IMG/VR virus record: IMGVR_UViG_3300032313_000664
Span: 1 to 64,000 of that record
DNA from: a virus
Reading direction: 5' to 3' (one strand)
Length of the DNA: 64,000 nt
The position numbers and the translations under genes are program-made. The first letter of the stretch is position 1. Every line of letters begins with the position of its first letter. Under the pieces are notes generated by a model, which made no database searches, was not told the origin of the DNA, and saw nothing but the letters and a program-made list of their open reading frames with translations. This document shows, piece after piece, positions 57,575 through 64,000 of the stretch.

Positions 57575-58044
57575 TGCCATTAACATTACCAAGAGGTTCA
57601 ATCTTTAGCATAGAGGCTAAGGATCTTTTAGCAACTCCCGCAGGAACTGTAAATCAATTTAATAAGGTTACTGAGCATAACCGTACAGACTTTAGCATTA
57701 ATGTTGAAAGAATTGAAAAAGTAGTAAGAACATCAAACGGAACTTTAAGAAAGAATTTTATTAAAGATAAGCGCAAGTTCTCAACATCCTGGGACATGCT
57801 TCCATCATATAGAACTCTAACCGTGGACGGTGCATGGGGAGCAGAAGACTTAAGATCATTCTACCTAGGAGAACAAGGACAGGGTAGTTTTAAAATTAGA
57901 TTAAACATAGCAAAAAATGGAGTCTCACAAGAGTCATCTGGATATGAAGAGTATACGGTTGTTATTACAGACTGCAGCTTTGCAATTGCCAAAAGAGGCT
58001 TACAGCCCCACTGGAACGTATCCCTGAGCATGGATGAAGTCTAA
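57574..58044 (+). CDS. distal tail-like protein
   Basis: position after tape measure; NGTLRK, W..LPS. Confidence 0.65.
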   Translation: MPLTLPRGSIFSIEAKDLLATPAGTVNQFNKVTEHNRTDFSINVERIEKVVRTSNGTLRKNFIKDKRKFSTSWDMLPSYRTLTVDGAWGAEDLRSFYLGEQGQGSFKIRLNIAKNGVSQESSGYEEYTVVITDCSFAIAKRGLQPHWNVSLSMDEV

Positions 58045-59912
58045 TGCCAGTATATGCAAGCCCTGCAGCCAAAACAAAGCTTGAGCAAAGCACAAACCTA
58101 AATTTAAATATAGGTTGTACTATTGAGTACAACATGAATAGACTTGTAGATAACATTGTTGTTACTGGTGCAGATATTGTTAAGCCAGACGGAAGTAAGC
58201 CTTTTAAAAAGTTATTCCCCGTAGATTCAATCATCAAGGCTAACCGACCAATTGGAGCGGGAGTTAAATATGGAATCACAGGAGATATTGGGTCTGGAAC
58301 ATATAGAGATCCAAGAGCTAGTACATACCCGTTAGACTATAGAACATACTACCCAGGAGCAGACACATATTACAAGTACTGGCTAAGCGCAGTTAGCACG
58401 GGTGTAGATTTAACCATTACATATCCAAAAGCAGTATTAACAAATAAAGTAGTTGCAAGATTTGAGATATCACATTCAACTCCAGGAACCTGGAACATAC
58501 TTTTAAATGGATCATCTGTTGCACAAGGAACAAGTTCACAGATAAAAGCATTCGGTGCTGGAACATATGATGCTGGAACTTTGACTATTTATTATAATGG
58601 AACTGCATGGGTAACTACAGAGCCAGCAGTGCTAGGTGCTCCAGTAAGCATAACCACATTAAAGATAACCACTGCAGGAGTTGCAGGTAAGTACATTGGT
58701 GTTATTGAGCTTTGTCCTAAATGGGTAGTTGATATATCAGATGCCATTACAGATATGTCTATCTCAAAAGAGTCATCTACAAGCTCAGAAGATATCCTAC
58801 CAATCGGAAAGGTTTCAGCAAACTCTTTATCTTTAGGTCTTGTATCCTACGAAACCACACGTAAAATAATTTCCTTTGATAAAACATTTACTTTTGATGC
58901 CTCTAAGATTTATCTATACAAGCAGATTGAATTAAACCCATACTACAAGTTATATAATTCTGACCAAACTTATGAAAAAATTAATCAAGGTGTGTTCTAT
59001 CTAGACAACTGGTCTTCCTCAGAATATGGAGAGATATCTTTAACGGCACTTGATGGAGCAAAAATTTTGCAAGAAGTAATTGCACCAAGTATTATTTGTG
59101 AAGGATATTCAACAACTGCAATATTAAGAAGACTGCTTGATACGGTAGGTTTTACAAACTATAAATTTAATATGTCTGCAACAGACACTTCAATATTTAC
59201 TCCAAAGTTCTGGTGGACAGATGACAGTAAGCCAGTGTGGAATGCCATACAAGAGCTTTGCCGAGACTCTCAAATGACAGCTATCTTTGATGAAAATAAT
59301 GTGCTTCAATTTTACACAAGAGACTACATGTTCTCTTCAGCAAAATCCGTAGACTGGTCATTTAGATATAATGCAGATGGATCAAATCTGCCTAACATAA
59401 TTTCTTTTTCTAAAAACGAGTTAGCAAGTGCAAATCAGGTTAAGGTCTTATGGAATAGCGTAACTACTTCAGAGTTTACTGGAAACTCTCAGCCACTGTG
59501 GAAGTCTGGCAACACTTCAATGGGAGCCCTATCACTTGATCAAGATCTCCCAGCGTCTATTGGGGAAGGCGGATATATCAATCTTTCTCCAATTACAGTA
59601 AATAGCTACGAAAGCAAAAGAGTTCTATACGAGTATAACGGATACCTTGTAATTGATTCAGAAATTATAGAGTATGATGCAATTCAATATGAATATGTTT
59701 ATAATGGTGTCAAGACGCAAGTGTGGATAACAACTGAATCAGATGTATTAAAATATTTAGGTCTGTCAAATGTTGGTTCTGCAAACTATCAGCCTACAGG
59801 AAAATATAGAATTAAAACAAGAGGTGCATTTAATACAACCGTTGCAAATCATTATGCTGCGGCGTCTACTATATTAAATTCATGGAGTGGATATGAGGTG
59901 AAGTGGGTATAA
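58044..59912 (+). CDS. minor tail / tail-tip hub protein
   Basis: GVFYLDNW, AIFDENNVLQF; position. Confidence 0.65.
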   Translation: MPVYASPAAKTKLEQSTNLNLNIGCTIEYNMNRLVDNIVVTGADIVKPDGSKPFKKLFPVDSIIKANRPIGAGVKYGITGDIGSGTYRDPRASTYPLDYRTYYPGADTYYKYWLSAVSTGVDLTITYPKAVLTNKVVARFEISHSTPGTWNILLNGSSVAQGTSSQIKAFGAGTYDAGTLTIYYNGTAWVTTEPAVLGAPVSITTLKITTAGVAGKYIGVIELCPKWVVDISDAITDMSISKESSTSSEDILPIGKVSANSLSLGLVSYETTRKIISFDKTFTFDASKIYLYKQIELNPYYKLYNSDQTYEKINQGVFYLDNWSSSEYGEISLTALDGAKILQEVIAPSIICEGYSTTAILRRLLDTVGFTNYKFNMSATDTSIFTPKFWWTDDSKPVWNAIQELCRDSQMTAIFDENNVLQFYTRDYMFSSAKSVDWSFRYNADGSNLPNIISFSKNELASANQVKVLWNSVTTSEFTGNSQPLWKSGNTSMGALSLDQDLPASIGEGGYINLSPITVNSYESKRVLYEYNGYLVIDSEIIEYDAIQYEYVYNGVKTQVWITTESDVLKYLGLSNVGSANYQPTGKYRIKTRGAFNTTVANHYAAASTILNSWSGYEVKWV

Positions 59913-61723
59913 TGGCAGGCGCATACGATTACTGGAGTAGTTCATTTTTACCAATACCAACCCCAGCACCAGGGACTCTAGTCATACCTTGGATCTCAAT
60001 TCAGACAACATCTACAACAAGAGCAGTTATAACTTTAGGTACTCCAACGCAAACTCCAGGAAGCTACGCTGGGTCAGCAGCAAGCACTGGTAATTTTAAT
60101 GATCCAGATTTTACATTTACAACATCAAGCGGAGTTCATGTCCGTGAAAATTTAACTCCAGGTGCAAAATATACAGTTAGAGCACGTGCATACACAGGAG
60201 CAAATGCTACTGGAACAGCAGGTCCTTATATTACTGAAAGTTTTACTATGCCTTCATCATATAACCCCCTTACTGGAATTGTTTCAACAGCTACGCCAGT
60301 TACAACACCGCCAGTGTCAACTGGGTCAAAAGTTAATACAACAACGCTTTCGGGCATTGCTGCAGCAAGTGGAACTAATGTAGCTCTAGACAGCACCGCA
60401 GCAGCAGATACTGGATCAGATGAAGTCGCTGGACCAGTACAATACGTAACAGGATCCTCATCGGCAACTAGCGGAAATAGACAAGTTGAAAAATCTTTAT
60501 TTAGAGTTACAAATAATTCAAAAGATCCTGCTGAATTTTCAATAGCAGCAAAGAATTTTGAAATTTCAACATCTTATTCGCACTATACCTTTGGAACAGG
60601 GATGTTTTTTCAAAGCAGTATTTCTGATGTAAACGCATCGGGTGGTATGGGATTTTTTACAGATTTATTAGGAATGTCAGGATATTACGTTCTTATGCAA
60701 ACAACTTCTAACATGAATAAAACTGATGATAAAGAAGTAAAAATTATAAAAGTAGTTAATGGTAGAGTTAAAAAGCTTAATGACAGTCAAAAGGGTATTT
60801 CAAAAACCCTTACTGGAATCTTAGGCGCAACATCTTATAAAGTAGACATAAAGGTAAAATGCGACACTGGGGTAAGAGTAATTGATGTTTATATTAACAA
60901 CTTTAAAATAACAGCAACAGATGTTACATCTGCTACAAGTACAGACCCTTTAGATAAGGTTCTTCCTATAACACCCAATGTATCTATGTGTGCCACTACA
61001 GGATCAGCATATTATGATTATGTTTATGCTATGCCTCTTGAGGAAGCTCAATATAACTCAGGAGTGTTGCAAAATGTATATAATGGTCAATTTAATGATA
61101 CGATGCTAAGCTTTTTATACGGAGAAAAGGTTTTAAATAATTTTAATAAAACAAATCTTACAAATGGAAAGCTAGAAGAGTTTGGCACAGTTGCTAGAGA
61201 ACTTAGAAAAGTTAGTATTAAGTATGAGTCTAGGCCAGGATATCCCCTCTACCCAAGCTTAGGAATAAATAAATTTGTCAACGTACTAGGGTCCAGACTT
61301 ACGTCGTTTGGTGCGGAGGTTTACCTAGTAAATAACGCTGGAACCTGGGTACCTTTAGATGACTCATCACTGCACTCATTTAGTGTTATTGGTAACTACG
61401 TAGTTACATCTGGTCAACATGAGTATACAGACAAAACTGTAAATGAGTATTCAAACCCAGAACCAGTAATATTTCAGTCCTCTTGGATACAAAAAGAAGA
61501 TGATGCCAAAGCAGTGTCTAACTGGATTAAGACGTTATGGTCAAAGCAGCAGTCTGTTATAAATATGCAGGTATTCGGAAACCCGCTTGTCTCAGTTGGA
61601 GACATTATAACAATTAATTATCCTTCAAATGGGCTTGACGGAACGCAGAAATTTGTTGTTATGAATGTAAGTAATTCATTTATGGATGGATTGGAGACAT
61701 CAATTACAGCTAGGACATTGTAG
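59912..61723 (+). CDS. minor tail protein with FN3-like insert
   Basis: LTPGAKYTVRARA; GNPLVSVGDII. Confidence 0.65.
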   Translation: MAGAYDYWSSSFLPIPTPAPGTLVIPWISIQTTSTTRAVITLGTPTQTPGSYAGSAASTGNFNDPDFTFTTSSGVHVRENLTPGAKYTVRARAYTGANATGTAGPYITESFTMPSSYNPLTGIVSTATPVTTPPVSTGSKVNTTTLSGIAAASGTNVALDSTAAADTGSDEVAGPVQYVTGSSSATSGNRQVEKSLFRVTNNSKDPAEFSIAAKNFEISTSYSHYTFGTGMFFQSSISDVNASGGMGFFTDLLGMSGYYVLMQTTSNMNKTDDKEVKIIKVVNGRVKKLNDSQKGISKTLTGILGATSYKVDIKVKCDTGVRVIDVYINNFKITATDVTSATSTDPLDKVLPITPNVSMCATTGSAYYDYVYAMPLEEAQYNSGVLQNVYNGQFNDTMLSFLYGEKVLNNFNKTNLTNGKLEEFGTVARELRKVSIKYESRPGYPLYPSLGINKFVNVLGSRLTSFGAEVYLVNNAGTWVPLDDSSLHSFSVIGNYVVTSGQHEYTDKTVNEYSNPEPVIFQSSWIQKEDDAKAVSNWIKTLWSKQQSVINMQVFGNPLVSVGDIITINYPSNGLDGTQKFVVMNVSNSFMDGLETSITARTL

Positions 61724-61746
61724 TCTGTAAATGGTATAATAAAAAT

Positions 61747-62145
61747 ATGGTAACTAAAAGAGTATCTACAACCAGCGTCACGGCAGACGCACCCATTGCT
61801 CTATACTCAAACTCTCCAGAAAACAGTGATTTGGGGCCAAACTATAAAAAAGTAATACCTGGTAATACAATTGGAGCAATGTATCTTTCTTCAGGAGATA
61901 TTAATTATAACGAAGTAGATGGCACCACAGTTGTTGTAGAGGAAGCAGCCGCAGCTGCAGCCGCAGCAGATGGAACAAAACCTACAGAGGCTCCAGGGGC
62001 TCCATCTCTTTCAGACATACAGGTTGTATCAAAAGAAGTTGTATATGATGCAGCAGGTAATCCATCAGTTCAGGTGGTATTTAAAATTAAAAATTCAAGT
62101 GGTCAAAAGCTAAAGGCCATCAATTCAAGAGTGGAGCTATTATGA
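61747..62145 (+). CDS. small minor tail protein
   Basis: ORF track; TGGTATAAT upstream. Confidence 0.65.
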   Translation: MVTKRVSTTSVTADAPIALYSNSPENSDLGPNYKKVIPGNTIGAMYLSSGDINYNEVDGTTVVVEEAAAAAAAADGTKPTEAPGAPSLSDIQVVSKEVVYDAAGNPSVQVVFKIKNSSGQKLKAINSRVELL

Positions 62146-63227
62146 TAACAAAGTTTGGAAAAAGATTTTTAACAAGCCACCTAGCAGGTTTAGTTGATTT
62201 TACAACAAAAGACCTAGCACTAGGAATAGGAAGCTCTGCTGTAAATCAATTTGGAAATGATACCAGACTAGAATTTGAGTTTTATAGACTGCCAGCAACA
62301 TTGAGCAGCATTGATATTAGGTCTGCAGACATAACAGGTCTTTCCTCTACAGGATCAGCTGTAACTTATACTGCACAAAATAATTTCAGCCCAGGACAGA
62401 CAGTTAAAATAACAGGAGTCGTTCCCACACAATATAATGTTTCATCAGCAGTAGTTACATCTGCATCAAATTCCCAATTTACAATTGCATCTTCTTCAAC
62501 TGGGAATTACACATCTGGCGGATACGCTTCTTCTTATTCAGCAATATTTTCTGCAACTATACCGCAGGATATCTCAGGTGTAATATCTGAAATTGGTTTG
62601 TATCCAGGAGCAAGAAAATCTACTAATAGTTTTGATAGTCAATTTATAACTTCATTTGATAATAATTTAAATTGGACAGACGGGTCATTTAATCCTGAAA
62701 CAACTTTTAATTCAGAATCATTTCAATCTAAAATCGGAGAGAATATGATTGGCATTAGGGCGTTTGCAAGTGAATCAAAAGAGTACACCAATTCACAAAC
62801 ATTCTATGACATATCGGGATATAGCGTAAATGATAGTATAGCAATTGCATACAAGAAAATGGATACAAACTTATCAAAAATTAGAGTAAAGTTTTATAGC
62901 TCTGATTCCTCATATTGTTGGGTTGATTTTACCCCAGAGTCTGGAACTGGAGATAAGATAACATCATTAACCTTAAATAATTTATTTAGCAACACAACGG
63001 CAACTCCACCAGATCTTACTTCTATTGTTAAGGTTGGAGTAGAAGTCACGGCAGGATCTGGCGGAAATACAATTGTATACTTAGACAGCATTAGAATTAA
63101 TGACGAAGACACCTTTGACCCATACTTTGGCTTAATTAGTAGATCAGTTCTAACTGGAGCAGACATCTTAACAAAAGTTTCTGGAAGACAAGTAGATATA
63201 GAATATAAGCTAGCGCTGGAGTTTTAA
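62142..63227 (+). CDS. minor tail/baseplate protein
   Basis: MITKFGKR, LEFEFYR, ISEIGLY. Confidence 0.65.
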   Translation: MITKFGKRFLTSHLAGLVDFTTKDLALGIGSSAVNQFGNDTRLEFEFYRLPATLSSIDIRSADITGLSSTGSAVTYTAQNNFSPGQTVKITGVVPTQYNVSSAVVTSASNSQFTIASSSTGNYTSGGYASSYSAIFSATIPQDISGVISEIGLYPGARKSTNSFDSQFITSFDNNLNWTDGSFNPETTFNSESFQSKIGENMIGIRAFASESKEYTNSQTFYDISGYSVNDSIAIAYKKMDTNLSKIRVKFYSSDSSYCWVDFTPESGTGDKITSLTLNNLFSNTTATPPDLTSIVKVGVEVTAGSGGNTIVYLDSIRINDEDTFDPYFGLISRSVLTGADILTKVSGRQVDIEYKLALEF

Positions 63228-64000
63228 ATGTCAGATGCATTAAAAGACCTAGCCATTGTTCCAGTAACTAGTAGTGATACTAATTACTTTCTTCGTAAAG
63301 TAACTGGATTAAAAATTGACAAGACTTATTCATTTAAGTTTCAGTGGGTTTTTGAAGATGATACTAAAAGCGATTGGTCTCCAGGGTATCAAATAAATAC
63401 ACCAACAGAAAACGTGCCTGGGGCACCTTCAGTAACGGTACCTGCAACAGCAATAGGAAACATACCAGTAACACTTTCTGTTTTCCCACCAAATACAAAG
63501 CGTGTAGATATATATATTATAGGCGGAGTGTACGGTACGGGCAAAGTAGCAGATAGTTTTCTGAGCGCTGGAACAAAAAATATTTCAGTAGCAGCAGGAG
63601 TTTATCAGGTAAGCTTAATAGCAGTAACCCCTTCTGGAATTAATGGAGATCCAACTAATACATTTACAATTACCATATCTAATGTTGTAACGGAGGACAC
63701 GGTTGCACCAGATCCAATTTCTGCAGGAGTTGTAACTGGAGGAGTTCATCCACAAGATTCTAGCGGTCAATTAGGATATTTAAACGTTGCTGTAACTAAT
63801 GCAACGATACCCGCAGACTTTGCTGGATATATCGTAAAGATAGTCAGCAGCACAAATACTTGGACTCAAACATTTAATAGCTCAACAGCGTTATCTAATT
63901 TATATATAACTGGTGGGCTATTTGTTGGTCAATCATATACATTATCTGTAGCCACAACTGACGGTAAAAATATATCTAGCTATGTTAACTGCACACCAGC
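63228..64000 (+). CDS. FN3-containing tail fibre, truncated by window end (MSDALKDL...)
   Basis: ATG directly after previous stop; frame appears open to the end; GLKIDKTYSFKFQW..SDWS. Confidence 0.75.
   Translation, partial: MSDALKDLAIVPVTSSDTNYFLRKVTGLKIDKTYSFKFQWVFEDDTKSDWSPGYQINTPTENVPGAPSVTVPATAIGNIPVTLSVFPPNTKRVDIYIIGGVYGTGKVADSFLSAGTKNISVAAGVYQVSLIAVTPSGINGDPTNTFTITISNVVTEDTVAPDPISAGVVTGGVHPQDSSGQLGYLNVAVTNATIPADFAGYIVKIVSSTNTWTQTFNSSTALSNLYITGGLFVGQSYTLSVATTDGKNISSYVNCTP

Noticed and set aside
63374-63556. 60-aa ORF in the track
   Set aside because: Lies out of frame inside the longer ORF starting at 63228 that runs off the window.
1-64000. tRNA, rRNA, integrase, transposase, intron or intein, alternative genetic code
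   Set aside because: None recognised by eye; genes are intact in the standard code and NrdJ, portal and capsid have normal lengths. A tRNAscan/Infernal run would be needed to exclude small RNAs.

Overview
This window is part of a large, AT-rich (low-GC) tailed-phage genome with siphovirus-type morphogenesis genes. The host is most likely an actinobacterium of freshwater-actinophage type; this is inferred from the PASTA domains, the promoter motifs, NrdJ and the gene order. Layout: (1) 1-1640, leftward operons of microproteins preceded by repeated regulatory motifs. (2) 1700-3080, a promoter-driven structured G-tract element, then rightward microproteins and a non-coding gap. (3) 3084-8672, small leftward genes, a lytic transglycosylase, a GT4 glycosyltransferase, class II ribonucleotide reductase and a holin-like gene. 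(4) 8744-41934, about 33 kb of fibre, decoration and adhesin genes with embedded enzyme cassettes (GT60, U32-methyltransferase, DUF401-like transporter, GT2-TPR). (5) 42336-64000, portal, protease/scaffold, capsid, connector, tail tube, frameshifted chaperone, tape measure and tail-tip genes. The strongest candidates for undescribed systems are: three leftward promoters matching the PafBC/RecA-NDp DNA-damage consensus (TGTCRG-N10-TAnnnT), each paired with a CRP/GlxR-type palindrome; a two-state G6-TA-G7 RNA at the strand switch; and fibre-plus-modifying-enzyme cassettes. All annotations come from reading motifs by eye; no database searches were run.
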